In this document: positions 11,013 to 23,659 of the stretch, piece by piece
How the letters are laid out: each line of letters opens with the position of its first letter
Numbering within the stretch: position 1 is the stretch's first letter
Assembly (NCBI GenBank): GCA_030167865.1
Contig: JALAGF010000227.1
Location: 1 to 36,102, forward strand
DNA length: 36,102 bases
DNA from: Craspedostauros australis
Lineage: Eukaryota
Direction: 5' to 3'
The notes under the pieces: generated by a model
The model's database searches: none
Seen by the model: only the letters and a program-made list of their open reading frames with translations
Told to the model about the DNA's origin: nothing
Translations under genes and position numbers: made by a program

Positions 11013-12653
11013 ATGACCATGATGACAATGGACTGCCGTTCTGGCGCACACCGCTCGCTTTCTCACAACCAGCCTCTGCACCAGCAGATCATGGAGCATC
11101 ACATGCAACATCAACAGCAGAGCCAACAGCAGAGACAGTACCACGATATTGCCATGGAACCAATCAGCATCGACGAACAGCAACAGCAGCAGCAGCAACA
11201 GCAGCAGCGATCATTCCGATGGCCGGCCCATCTGGCCAAGAGCATGGCCGACAGAATACACACCCAGGTGACCGAGACGCTCGCGGGATCGAGACTTGAC
11301 TGCAGGATGGACGCCATCAGGCTGGTGCAGAGACGCGACATCTGCCATGTGGACCGCGTCCTCGGCTCCGGGGCCTTCTCCAAGGTGACCGCCGTGACGA
11401 CCCGCGATGGCGGACAGTACGCCTGCAAGCACCTGCAGGAGAAGCTGCTGGAGCAGCCCGACAACTTCAGGGTCGCTGCGGCCGAGCTCGCCTGCGAGGC
11501 GCACATGCTGGCCTCCTTCGACCATCCCAACATCCTCAAGATCCGCGGGTGGACCTACAACGGCATCGCCTCCTTCGAGGAAGGGCGCCACGACTCCTTC
11601 TTCCTCCTTCTCGATCGTCTGGAGGAGACGCTGGAGCAGCGCATCGCGCGATGGGGCATGGAGGAGCAGCGTCTGATGCAGTGCCAGGTCCCGCCCTCCC
11701 TGCAGGCGCCTTCCACCGATCGCACCACCCTGGCCGGTCTCTGGAGGCAGGTCACCTCCTTCTCCGCCCCGGCATCCAGCTTCCCGCAGGTCAACGACCA
11801 GCAGGTGGCCGTCAGCATCCAGTACCAGTCCATCTACATGGACAAGCTCCGCGTCATGTCCGAGGTCGCCTCCGCCATGGACTACCTCCACAACCAGGGC
11901 GTCATCTTCCGCGACCTCAAGCCGGCCAACATCGGCTTCCTCCCCTGCGGCAAGGTCCAGGTCTTCGACTTCGGCCTCTCCCGCGAACTGCCTGCCCTCG
12001 ACACCTCCGTCCCCTTCGAGATGTCCGGCAAGGTCGGCACCCTGCGCTACATGGCGCCGGAGGTCGCCCTGCACCAGGACTACAACGTCAGCGCCGACGT
12101 CTACTCCTGGGCCATGGTCACCTACGAGGTCCTCACCTGCGAGAAGCCCTTCAACGGCTGGACGCGCGAGATGCACGCCGATCTGGTCTGCACCCGCGGG
12201 ATGCGCCCGGAGATGTGCAACCGATCCATGCTGGACTGTCCCAACACCAACGACATGGCCATGCTGCTGCAGAGCGCATGGTGCGGCAACCCCCACCAAC
12301 GCCCCACCATGGGCGAGCTCAGCGCCCGGCTCACCTACCTCCAGGATCAGCAATTGCTAGTTATTGAAGAACAGCAATTCCAGCAGCATCTGGCGGAGCT
12401 GCAGGCGCAGGAAGAGTTCCAGAAGCAGCAGCAACAGCAGGAACACCTGCGCATGCAGCAACAACAGCAACAACAGCAGCAACAGTACCAATTTCAGATG
12501 GAACAGGAAGCGCTGGCCGCAGCCGCCGCGCAGTACATAGAGATCCCTGTTCCACCGCCTAAGCGCTCCATGCGCCGCAGCAACTCGCTGGACTCCATTG
12601 GGACCATCGAAACGAGCTCGCTCAGCGCAGACAGCGTCGACTTTTTCTTCTAG
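11013..12653 (+). CDS. Ser/Thr protein kinase (TKL-like, diatom-type RDLKPxNIGF family) with N- and C-terminal polyQ
   Basis: Long GC3-rich ORF with the kinase motifs LGSGAFSKV, YACK, ELACE, HPNI, FRDLKPANIGF, VFDFGL, GTLRYMAPE, DVYSW and RP. First in-frame ATG is at 11013. The ORF-track extension from 10713 starts at GTG and is CA-rich leader-like sequence. TAG at 12651-12653. Confidence 0.95.
   Translation: MTMMTMDCRSGAHRSLSHNQPLHQQIMEHHMQHQQQSQQQRQYHDIAMEPISIDEQQQQQQQQQQRSFRWPAHLAKSMADRIHTQVTETLAGSRLDCRMDAIRLVQRRDICHVDRVLGSGAFSKVTAVTTRDGGQYACKHLQEKLLEQPDNFRVAAAELACEAHMLASFDHPNILKIRGWTYNGIASFEEGRHDSFFLLLDRLEETLEQRIARWGMEEQRLMQCQVPPSLQAPSTDRTTLAGLWRQVTSFSAPASSFPQVNDQQVAVSIQYQSIYMDKLRVMSEVASAMDYLHNQGVIFRDLKPANIGFLPCGKVQVFDFGLSRELPALDTSVPFEMSGKVGTLRYMAPEVALHQDYNVSADVYSWAMVTYEVLTCEKPFNGWTREMHADLVCTRGMRPEMCNRSMLDCPNTNDMAMLLQSAWCGNPHQRPTMGELSARLTYLQDQQLLVIEEQQFQQHLAELQAQEEFQKQQQQQEHLRMQQQQQQQQQQYQFQMEQEALAAAAAQYIEIPVPPPKRSMRRSNSLDSIGTIETSSLSADSVDFFF
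11178..11207 (+). repeat. CAG/CAA tract encoding Q10
   Basis: cag caa cag cag cag cag caa cag cag cag, in the kinase frame. Confidence 0.95.
12456..12485 (+). repeat. CAG/CAA tract encoding Q10 within a Q/E-rich C-terminal tail
   Basis: cag caa caa cag caa caa cag cag caa cag, in the kinase frame. Confidence 0.95.
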
Positions 12654-15600
12654 AGAGTGAGTACTCACACACACACACACACAAATAGAGAGTTAAACAT
12701 CTCAGCAGACACTATTACATTATTACATAGAATATTATTCTATTATACAGCGTGATATAATACCATTCACACTATGCCACACACCCATACAACGTCAACC
12801 TAGGTATAACACAATATATAATACCAACCATACTTCCATTCGCCACACTACCATAATACTCGTACAGCACATACGCGTCCATATCCGCCATGCAGACTCT
12901 CAGGCATGCGAAAGCGTATACGAAGACTACACAAGACCTGAGCAGACTTGATGCAAGACCCCCATCGCTGCCTCACATTGTTCGCACAGATGAGGGCATG
13001 TTAATGTTTGTACGAATGAATGTTCGCAGGTGGTAACATGAGGCATGCATGTCAATACTCTGTACTAGAGAATACCAGCTATTGCACATGCATTACTCGC
13101 ACACGTACGATCCCAGGGAAGGGGATCGACAACCGCATGCAGCATCTGGCAAACATCTCTGCATGCAGCTATGCATGTGCACGAGCTACCGGTGTGTAGG
13201 AGGAGAGTGAACATTGAGAAAGCAGATGCGATTAGTAGACCAAACACGCACATGCACACAGATACAGACACAGACCAGACCAATCAACCAGTCTCCATGA
13301 CGAACCAAGAGGAGTATTTTGTGCGAGCTCATTGCGGAGAAAAACTACATACCCCGCACCGCCACAAAACGCAATGCGCCATAGACCAGCTAGTTATTCG
13401 CCTATTGGCGTACATGTGTGGTCGTCAAATGTGGAGTCGAATACTCTACTCCAATCTCTCCAGAGGGAGAGAGAGAGAGCCTCTTTACCCGCACTTGCAG
13501 ACACTTCACTCCAACACAAGGTGAGCCAAGTACTCTTTGAGGTGAAGCCGAAGAAGAAGAAGTGCAGCGCTGTGTATGGTATGGTATGGCATCGTGTCGT
13601 ATGGCATAGCATGGAGCGAAGTGAACGGAGCAATGTGCTCCAAGGGTTTCCGGTACAACAACAGACCCCGCGACGAGTCTCGGCGTCGGTGGGAGAAGCA
13701 GGCTCTTCTCGGCGATGAACACGGATGGCTTCCTCGGCCCTCACCTCGTCGTTCGTGCGAATACTGCGTGCTTTCTATCCTTTGCTTGTTTCTCCTCTCA
13801 CTTTGCTGATTCGCCATCGGCTCCCCTCCACTCGTGTAATACAATACTTCACCGAAAGGAGCAGGTTGCTCTTAGAATACATGGAATGCCCTACGACCTA
13901 GTGTGCCACCTACGACCTATAGATCACATGCAATGCACTCATGCATCACCGTGTTCACGGCACATCTTCTCCTCGCCGGCTTCCAACAAGCGAGAGTCAA
14001 CGTCTGGAGAGTTTGGCATATGCGTGAATCAACATCGAATAGTCGTAGTACAGCAAATATTCTATACTAATCCAGCAACTAGTGGAGTAAACTGAATAAA
14101 ACAACCCATCCACCAATACTCGACATACGAGCTTCCGAAGAGCTCTTGTAGGATCGATTCAAGCCCAGAGCGGGGAAGCTCACATGCTTTGACGTCTCCT
14201 TCCTCCTTGGAATCGGTACGCATGTATCGGCGCCATGCCATCAATTTCCTTTCTCTTCACTGGAAATGCTCATGTGGACGCAGCGAGGAAGAAAGTGTAC
14301 TCCGCGCCACGATCGCTCGCACTTTACATCCCAGTGTGCATGACATACAAGCCCGGAATCGGAACAAGTACGGATGCAAGGAGTGTGAGGACTCCTTGTC
14401 ACCTCTCTGGCTCCTATAGTAGTACCAATGCGAGCTACACCAGCCATCACGAAGGCTCAGATCGACATGGTCAGGACCACCATCATTCTGGTGCGCTCCG
14501 ACTCTTCCCCGATTCCATTTCGCGACACTACGACCTCCACCACAACCCGCAATCAGCCAAGGGGAGAAACATTCTGAAGAAGACGGCTCGGTTTGTGACC
14601 CTGCCAACTCGTGCGTATAATATGATAGGAGCCATGATACCGTTTCGTGCCTACAATACCAGTTTACTCTGTTGCAGTACTCTACTCTGCATGCAAGTGC
14701 GACCATGTGCCAATACATGCCTCTGGATGTTGATGTGGGGGCCTGTGGTATGATACGTGGGACCAGATCGGCGTTCAGAAATCGAATCGAGTCGGTGGAT
14801 ACTCGCAGAGAAACGGAGAGCGCGCTCGAGTCGCACAAGAGATGTGATCCAACAGATGCTGGCGCCTGTGCGAGGTACAACATACGAGAAGTGTGCCCCT
14901 GTGGTGGGATAGGCGCAGGCGCGGTGGAATCGCCCTGTGATTGTATCGCACTCAACCGCAATCGCCTCCAGACGGCTCTTCGGAGTGCTTCTTGCTGAGA
15001 AACAGAAAACGAAAAGAGAGAGAGGAAGGGAGAGAGGGAGGGAGAAGTAACACCTCCCCGCGCTCTCTGGCAATTGATGATGCGCAGTCGCAGCTCGCAC
15101 CTGATGTATGGTACGAGGTATGGATACTCCCGATCGAGGCGATGGCTGTCGTGTTACAATACTTATCCCCCCGAACAACCGTAAGAGCACAAAACACGAA
15201 CACGAGATGGGAGGCGATGTGGCACTACTCGCGCTCATACATAGACACTCGAACATTACATGGAGCGCACAGCGCATACTCTTGTTCTATTGCCATGGGT
15301 CGGCAAGATTCGAAGCGGGGGCGGCAAGTCGAACTGCGTTCGCAGCTGTCCATCACTGGGTGGTGAATCACCCATCCGCGAATTTAGAGACCATTGGTTC
15401 ACCCGGTAATTGCCACCCATGCTGTGACAGTTCGAGCATCGACCTTGACATTGACATCTCAGTGTCATCCCAATTGCCAATGGCATGTCCAAGTGATGCT
15501 CAACTATCCTCCGTGCCGATTTCACCGGGCACAGCCAGGTACCAGTGGTGGCCTGAATGGGCCGCAATAGGAAGCAATCTCGGGGAGGGACTCGGTTGCG

Positions 15601-16148
15601 GTTTGGATGCGTTTGACCACGACTGGTGGGAGCGAAATGCTTCGTGCCGAATGACCAACACAGCGGTCGTGACAGACATGGTCACAGCCAAGAGCCGCCC
15701 TGTCGCGATTCGTCAACCTATGCCTCCTCTACATGTATGGCATTAGTCTGCAGCTATGATGAGCTAAGGCGGCATGACACGAGTATGTATGGCAAGTATC
15801 CGCAATTGTGACCACTCTTGTCGGCGGGCACTCCCACCAACGAGCTACTATGTATTGATACAACATATGCACAACTACTCCGTATCTCTCCATTCCAACC
15901 AGATTGGAACGGCCCATCGACATTGGTCGAAGCTCGCCTCTTCTCGTCAGTTGCGTCGCGTCGCATTCCTTCAGGTCGCATCACCTTATGTTTCTGGCGA
16001 AAACATTCAATTGCGATGACTTCTCCTCTTGGCCCGGTCGCACCTGGTCTTGCCCACGATTAGTAATCGTACGGCGCCACACGAATGCGGTGCCACAAGT
16101 TTAGAGACGACCTATGTAAACCAGAGGACTCAAGACACTTTCTGGCGG

Positions 16149-16202
16149 ATGGTATGAGTATGGTACGAGTATGGCACGAGTACGGCACGAGTACGTCCAC
16201 GA
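16149..16202. repeat. 11-bp minisatellite (about 5 diverging copies)
   Basis: atggtatgagt / atggtacgagt / atggcacgagt / acggcacgagt / acgtccacga. Confidence 0.85.
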
Positions 16203-16558
16203 CTTTCCGACATGCCAATCTCACGCATGCCGATCCGAAGAATGGAAATCCTACTCCGCGCCCTGACGATTGCTGTTTGCTGTTGTTGTTGCGGCTGGTT
16301 CGCCTTCGATGGCATCGATGAAGAGCAGAGTAGAGTATTATGATTCCTCTCCACATTCTGCCCGAGTACTGTATTCGTACGAAACGAATACCGTGTGAAT
16401 ACTTGGGAGTCGAATGGAGAGTTCCATGATCTGCCCAGTTTAACTTCACTTCACTTCACTTCAATACGAGTAGAGTGTGGCATGCCCGTCTCGATGATCC
16501 ATCGATCTGTCGATCCATCAACCAGCATCCACTCCTCGCCACGGATACGCAGCCTCCT

Positions 16559-17083
16559 CTACTCAGTTTTGGCAGGAGCTGCCTCGCCATCCGCGGGCTG
16601 CGGAAAGGTTAAGAACATGGCGTTCTCAACCGTGTACATGTAGGCAGTGCTGTTGTAGGCCATCATGTCGCCCGCGCGGACCATATTGCCGGCGTCGCAG
16701 TTCAACGGCGAATCCGCATCGGGGTCGCTCAGCAGCGCCAGGATGGCACGGCAGGCTGCCTGGATGCCCCATGCCGGGCTCCACTCCTTCTTGAGGATGT
16801 CAAGGCAGACGTCGCCGCTGCGGAAATGCACGTTCGGGTGGAAGACCTTCGTGATGAAGGTGATCGACGGTGGTGCCAGCGGGTAGTCCGATCCGCACTT
16901 GATGGAGAGCTGGAACACGCCGCCTTCGTAGGGTGTGTCTCCAGGCCCGCGCAGCAGCGCCGTCCAGTGCAGGATGTTCTCGGAGTCAGGGATGAGGTGG
17001 ATGTCGGGATCATCCTTGTTTCGCATCAGATTCTGGAGCTCCCGCCTCAGCCTCTTTGCTGCAACCAAGCTGCTGGCCACCAT
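16559..17083 (-). CDS. PEX4: Peroxin-4, ubiquitin-conjugating enzyme E2
   Basis: UBC fold with GPGDTPYEGGVF, YPLAPP, FHPNVH and the catalytic Cys in GDVCLDILK. PEX4/UBC21-type signatures HPNVHFxxGxxCLDIL, WSPAW, CRAI and DSPLNCDAGNMVRAGD match the plant PEX4 sequence as I recall it. ATG at 17083 gives 174 aa. The 5' end may be extended (see findings). Confidence 0.9.
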   Translation of the reverse strand: MVASSLVAAKRLRRELQNLMRNKDDPDIHLIPDSENILHWTALLRGPGDTPYEGGVFQLSIKCGSDYPLAPPSITFITKVFHPNVHFRSGDVCLDILKKEWSPAWGIQAACRAILALLSDPDADSPLNCDAGNMVRAGDMMAYNSTAYMYTVENAMFLTFPQPADGEAAPAKTE

Positions 17084-20000
17084 CGCGACAGTATTGACTT
17101 CTACGTACTGGCGTGTACTGGCGTGTGTAACGTTCGGAGGAAGCGAAACGAAGGGAGCTCGATACAGTACCGTGGGATCCTGGCCTGGTCTGCTCAGCTG
17201 TAGTCTCGTCTCGTTTGGTGCAGTGGTGACGCTGATTGACGACCCTCTGCGGAGCTGTCTGTTGTATTCGTAGTCGAATGGAGCAGAGAGAGAGAGAGAG
17301 AGCGCGGGAGTAGAGTACCTTGGGTCAAGTGTCCGTTGGATAAATAATCCGCCGCGCCATTGTCGCTGTCTTCTGATGCCATCTCTCTCCTCTTGGTGCT
17401 CGTCTTGCTTTTCTTTCTTGTTGTCGTTGCTGTTCCTGTTCCTGTTTCTGTTGGTCGTGCCGGTTGCAATCGTGTTTCCACCACAGTCGTGCTTCCAGAA
17501 CCCTTTGTGGTGTTGGCGGACACTATTTCTTGGTGGGATCCATTCGATCGCTTTTTCAGGTCCACAATTCGACGAGTGTGTTGGTTGGAGTTGTGGCGAA
17601 CCCATGCGAATGGGCAGCGACGCCAGTACTTGGCGTGGGCGACTCGGTACCGCATTCGTTCGTTTTTCACGGGCAAATACACGTACAGCGACTCTGTGTT
17701 GGAAAGGGATTGGTGACTCGTTGTGATGTCGCGAACATGATGCACTATTTGTGGAAGCGTTCTTCACTCCAACGAAACGATTGCAGCGGCTGCTCGCGGC
17801 GTAAAAGCAAATCGTAAGCAAAAACGCATTCGGTACCCGGAACGGAACAGCGAAGCCTGCTCAAAGCGGCCACAAGAAGGCGATATCGTGACACCACAAT
17901 TGTCATTCACCGGGAAGGCGTTTCGAGACCAATTCACAAGTGAGGAAGTCCGGAGACAGATTCTGTCTCGTTTCGCTTTCTTGTTGGTTGATCAACTTGA
18001 AGGTGGTGGGCACAAAGGAAGAATACGCCTTCTGCGAAAGCGGCATTCAACTTCCCTTCTTTGCATCGTCAAAATGGATCTTCTGCTCCGCGCAGAACGC
18101 ACATTTGCGCCCATGGTTCACACGGCTGGGGCGCAACCGGATTGATGATCCAGCACAACGCCGTTCTAGCTTCGAGTGTGCGGTGCCTCCGTAACTTTTC
18201 TTTTTCTATGCCAAACCGGACGTATGCGTTCCACATTCTGCAATTATTGTCTTACGTTCTTCGCTTGTCTGCGCTGTTATGAATACAAACTCGTGGGTAC
18301 TACACGTGTTCGTCGGGGCGCACTCAAGACGCGAGCTGCGAGCCACAAGGCGGCCACGAGCGCAATGGACTGGCGCGTTTGTGACTGTTTCCTCTTTTGT
18401 TCTACGGACGACAAGAGACAGACAGAACGGAAAACCGAGGTCCTCGTTGCTCGTGGATACAGGATCTGTGTGCCCTCCCACAAGGTATCAACACATGCTC
18501 AGCGCTCCGTTGTACGCTTGCGATCATCCATTCATCAGGAACCCTGGAGTAGAATCGCATTTGCAAGTGTGCGCGGCGCGGGTATAATTAGCACGCACAC
18601 AGGGAGCACAACCAAACAGACTTCGATGTAAGGCAACCCAGAAACCGATCAGACTATCTCGCAAGGCTGGCAACGCAGAACATGAAGTCCAAGGGGGACA
18701 GATAGCACGTTGAGCAGGTACAAACAGCCAAGCCGTGATCGGGATGTAGGATCGGTTTGGCCCGCAGGAGGTGTGGCACATCACGAAACAGACGCAACGG
18801 TCCCGCCATTGCAGTGTGGCGGTTGCGCTTCAGTGTTCTTGATTTGCCATTGCCAAAGTCCCGCTATCGTTCTGCTCCCACCCAAGAAGATTTCGTCATC
18901 CGTGGCACTCCACGAGTAGAACAAACGTACAGAGTGGCTCGCAGTGAAGGGTGAGAGGGTGGTCATGATGAACATGCGTGCGAAGATGCTCCTTTGCGAT
19001 TCGTGCGGTGTGTTTGTGCTCCCGCAGAGACAAACGGAGAGAGAGAGAGAGAGAGAGAGCGAAAGTCACGTCTATCTTCTCTTGTTCGAGCTAGCAGACA
19101 CGCGCCCACACCTCCAACATCAACCGCTGGCAGGCTATCTTCTTCGACCTCGAAACCAGTATCCGCATCGGCAGACACAGACGAGTACTCAATGTGCGAG
19201 TTTATACTCCACTCAACTCCTCTCGACTCAACTCAACCCAACCCAACCCAACTCTACATTTATTCTCCTCGACTCCATCTCTCTGGTACTTCCTTGCTTC
19301 CGAGACTCTCGGCGGCACAACGTCAGCCATCTCCGCCCCCCATCACGGCAACCGAAACAGCAACGGAAACTTCAAGAGCAGTGTCACCACCTCCATTGTC
19401 ATTGCCATTGCCACTGCGACTAACACCCTCCGTCTCAGGTAGCACGCAACACCGCGGTTCGATTCTGCTGGTGCTTTCGCTTGCGAGAAGTCATGCCGAA
19501 GGAATCCACCCTATTCGTGTCATCCTCTGTTTCGTCATCTAATGAGGACGAGCCACCGGCAGCGTACCGCAAAAGAGGCATCGCCAAATCGAATACGAGC
19601 TACCGCCATGCCGCAACATGGATCGTACTGATACGTTGCTCGCGATGATCGCCAAGCCAAAAGTCAGCGGATTCGGAGGTTTTTCGCCCTCGTCCTGTGG
19701 CTTTTTGTTCTGTCCCCAAAAGGAAAGGCTCAGTCTCGCTCGCTCTGACGAGATGTTGTCTGTACTCCTACGAACTATGACACTGATACAAGTACCATGG
19801 CCGTTGCGGCAGTGGGCGTGGTTGGTTTGTTGGTTCATTTGGTTCGTTGGCGTTGTCTCCTCGCGAAAGAAGGGTGTTCCATTCCCTGTATTGGTCGGCT
19901 CTCTTGGCTCGTCTTCGTGCATCCATGTTCATCATGCATCACGTTTTGCTCTCGGCCAATGCCGGACGAGAAACACTCGACACGGTAGCAAAATGTGAGC

Positions 20001-23000
20001 AAAAACGCATCAAAGCTGAGATCGCAGTGTTGAATGCCGTGCCAATTTGTCAATGGTTTCGAGTTGACACAATCCGATTGGTTCGCTGGTTCTCGTCTTG
20101 GCACAGGACAATCGCACATATCACAAGCACCCATGCACGCACTGTTTCGCAGGCCGAAAACAACAGGAGACACCACGAAAGGCACCAGCCACCAGAGTAC
20201 GAAGAAAGGAATAACCAGATACTCACCAACAAAGATGTATGGATGCATGGTGCTGCGAGATACGCACGAGTGTGTCGTGCGCGGAGGTAGAAGCCGAGAC
20301 AATCTCTCTTCCCATCCACGCCACGGAGGACTGGTGGACAGCCTCTCCGATTGGGTCGCGGTGCGAGCGACAAAGCAAGTGACAATGCGGAGGTGACTGA
20401 AAAAACTGCCATGGCACAGGAAGCCTTGCCACTTTGTCAAGGGGCTGCCGCTCCCCTTGGATCGCGCTGCGTCATCCCCCGACTGATGGTGGAGGCGGTG
20501 ATTGGCCAACCACCAACAAACTTCTTTCCCATGATCGTTGTGGAGGCCCCTCGGAGAGGGAGATGGCTGCATGATCCCTCCCCTGGCGTGCTTCGCTTTC
20601 GCACGCACTCCGGGATAGGAATCACAAGTACAAGTCCAAGTCCAAGTCCAAGTGAGACCACGAGTACGAATGCTCTCTTGCCGTCAGAAATAGTGCGGAA
20701 GCGCATCCATCGGCACTGCGCCAAATGTGCTCGTGTCTATCTGCGAACGTGGTGGCATTTGATAGTATTCGTGTGAGTGCGTGTGCGGATGTTGTGCAAT
20801 TGAATGAGCGCATCTGTGTGTGTGTGTTGGTACCTCACGTTCGCACCATCACACAGGAACCGGCGTTGATCAAGAGAGGGAGAAGAGGAGACAGCGGCAT
20901 ACGCAAGGGAGCTGCAACAAACAAGGAAGACTGACTGGGAGATGGAGCCAGAAGCACAAGCACAAAGCAAGGTACAAACGAGACCAGCCGGTTGGTTCTT
21001 CTGCACTTTGCGTGCGTTCTCTCAACTACCCTCTCTGTCTTCTTGGAGTATTGGTACTCGTAGTCATCAGAACGCTTCCTTGATGTTGGTCGTTCTCTGT
21101 TCGATTCACTACGTTCTGCACCACTCACACGGAAAGGTACAACCTGCCCACAACGTGTGCTTGAGGACGGTGGATACACCAACACAACCTTCTCCCCTTT
21201 GATATTTCCTTCCGCACTTTGCGTACGTACATACATAAAATACATACGAGGGCTTTGCGGGCCCAAATGATAGCGCCAAGGTTCACAGAAGCAAGACTCA
21301 CAAACGACGTCCACATCAACACCCACGACAACAACAACGCCAGAGAGAATACTGGCAAGTGGGTGGTTGAGTGGAGGAGACATCATCATCAACAGCAGTA
21401 TTCCACTACTTGAAGCAATGGTGAGAAGAACCATGGATAGCGGGCGCCAAGTGCGGTGCTACCCCATCGAGAACAGAGTGTTGGCGCAACACAGCATCCT
21501 CCGAAAGTGATGTTCTGCGCGTTGTGATTGCCTCCCACCAGACCGCACGCACTCGCGTACCTGTAGCTTGTGCGCTACTGCATGGTATGGTATGACCCCC
21601 CGATCTTGTGTCAGACTTGTACCTCATCAAGTCACAGAGAACACCAGTTGGAGGGACATGCATCACAGCAAGGCACAGCTGGTCACCAGTGAACACATCC
21701 ACATGACATGATGTGGCCCAACGATGATGTGTTGTGTTGTTGAACTCCCTGTGGAGGACTGGTGTGGGAACAGTAGTATGAACCACCAGTTCGCACCCTG
21801 CTCTCCGCACTCCATGGGTAGATGTGAGGGGTAGGTTCCAATACGCGGTAGTACTTGCACCCATCGATTCGATTCCCACTGCGCAAGAGGAAGGCACAAG
21901 ATCTCGTTTGCAATTTCTGAGAGGCGGAGAGTCCGACCACTCCACAAGAATCTTCTATTCGACCGCCCAATGCCTCTTTCTTCTGCGCTCACCCACCAGA
22001 GTCCATTCGCTTCCTCACACGTGCTACAGAAACTGCATCTTCAACAACTCGCTCCATGCCCCCATGCCACCATTCGTAACGCACCGTCTTTACCGATCTC
22101 CTGCTTGCTCATCTTGCCTCCGACATCATCGTACTTGCAAGTGCGCATGGCAGGAGCATGGTAGGCACACATAACATCGATTCACAAGGCAAGCCAGGGC
22201 AAAGTCTTGAGCGCATTCGTTCCTTTCGCTTCCTTGCAAGAGTTTCGCGCCACAAACCAGGAAAGCATCTGTGCCTTGTGTTGGTGTTCTGTTGCTTCCT
22301 CCAGAACCGTCGGTACTTTCATTCATCCTCCTTGTCGATGCCTTGTCTTGTGTATCTATCGCTTGCGATCCTTTGTTCGTTCGTTGGTCCCACATACTCG
22401 CACCCTGCCACTACCTAGGGAACCCATGCCTTGCGACCTGTCTTTCGCGGTTTATCCACGAGACGGCGTGAACTCAGCCCACCCTCTTTGTTCTACCGTT
22501 CCTGCACGAGGAGGGTCGACAGAAACATCAGCATCCCGCCACGAACACCCACAGACTGACTACTATCTCTGACCACCAGTCGTGCAAAACGTGATCTTCG
22601 CTACCGCCGCCACACCATTCGCACAATACCATGGACACAGTTGCCGCGATGTTGAATGTTGATGTTGCACCTCACGGCAGCCCTTCTGACCATTGCGAAC
22701 GATCATGTTCTCGTTCCATGTTCTGTGATACTCCTGCGATGCTCCCATCCCTCGCGCTTCTGGGCGATAAGTTTGGCCATTTCTACGCCCTTTCCGTTTC
22801 CAACTCCACCTTGACATCCCCTCTTTCGATCGTTATACTCCACTCTGGTTCTGTTCTGCTCTGCTCCGGAGTACTCGATTCCGCCTGTCGCCTTCACCAC
22901 CACATCGCAGGCTTGCGGATTGCCCTTCCTCTCTCTCTCTCTTTCGGGAGGGAAAGTGTTCCATACTACCCGCGAAAGTGATGCTCGTACTCTGCTTTCC

Positions 23001-23659
23001 AGAGACAGAGAGAGAGAGAGTATTCGGTAGGTCGCGCTCCACTTGTGCCTCCTTCGATCCGAATGTGAAGGTGCACCGATCCGCGATGATGAGAAACAAG
23101 GGAAACAATCCAGAAGCGTCAAGCGTTCGTGTTCGTGTTCATGGTAACCAAATGAATCTAGATCGAGCGAATCAAGAGCGAACGTTAAGCACTGTATGAG
23201 TATGTTCATTGACTAGTTCGACCGAATCCATCTGGATCGAAATCGCTGACGTTTGCGAACGAGACAACAAGAACAACCACAGGAATCCTGTTTGTTGTCA
23301 CAGGCTCGCGACGTGATGTGATGTGATCCGCTGACGATGATGGTGATGCTGACGAGGTTTGATGGCGGTGGTCGGAGATCGTCGTTTGTGATGCCAACAA
23401 AGCTTGCTTTCGGCCATCTGACTCCTCCGTATCTGAATCATCATCAGTCTCGCCATCGTTATCATCATCGTGGGTATCAGTGAGAAAAGACAACGAAGAC
23501 CAATCCAACAAGCAGAGTAACAGACGCGGTCATTGATCCTTTCCAACAACTTTCACAACTGTCACAACCACCGCTCCACCAAGTTCTGCCTTCATCACTA
23601 CCTCTCTCTCTCCTCCTCCAATACCTCCCGTAATTGTATCCACCGTCGAGTATTACACA

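Noticed and set aside
11211..12367. Overlapping 380-aa antisense and 272-aa alternative-frame ORFs
   Set aside because: Shadow ORFs caused by the extreme GC3 bias of the kinase exon.
17084..17821. Unspliced 246-aa N-terminal extension of PEX4
   Set aside because: Runs through a (CT)n microsatellite and low-complexity sequence, is not exon-like, and PEX4 homology starts at 17083.
17997..18050. LKVVG...EYAFCESGI resembling a BspA/LRR_5 repeat
   Set aside because: A single imperfect repeat with wrong spacing. Chance cannot be excluded.
22638..22675. SCRDVEC*CCTS resembling the Cys-rich C-terminal cap of diatom LRR proteins
   Set aside because: Only about 12 residues, with no LRR upstream in frame.
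23206..23533. Minus-strand signal-peptide-like start plus an acidic DDDND/DDDSD stretch, divergent from the OHP gene
   Set aside because: The two parts are in different frames and are explained by (GAT/TCA)n simple repeats.
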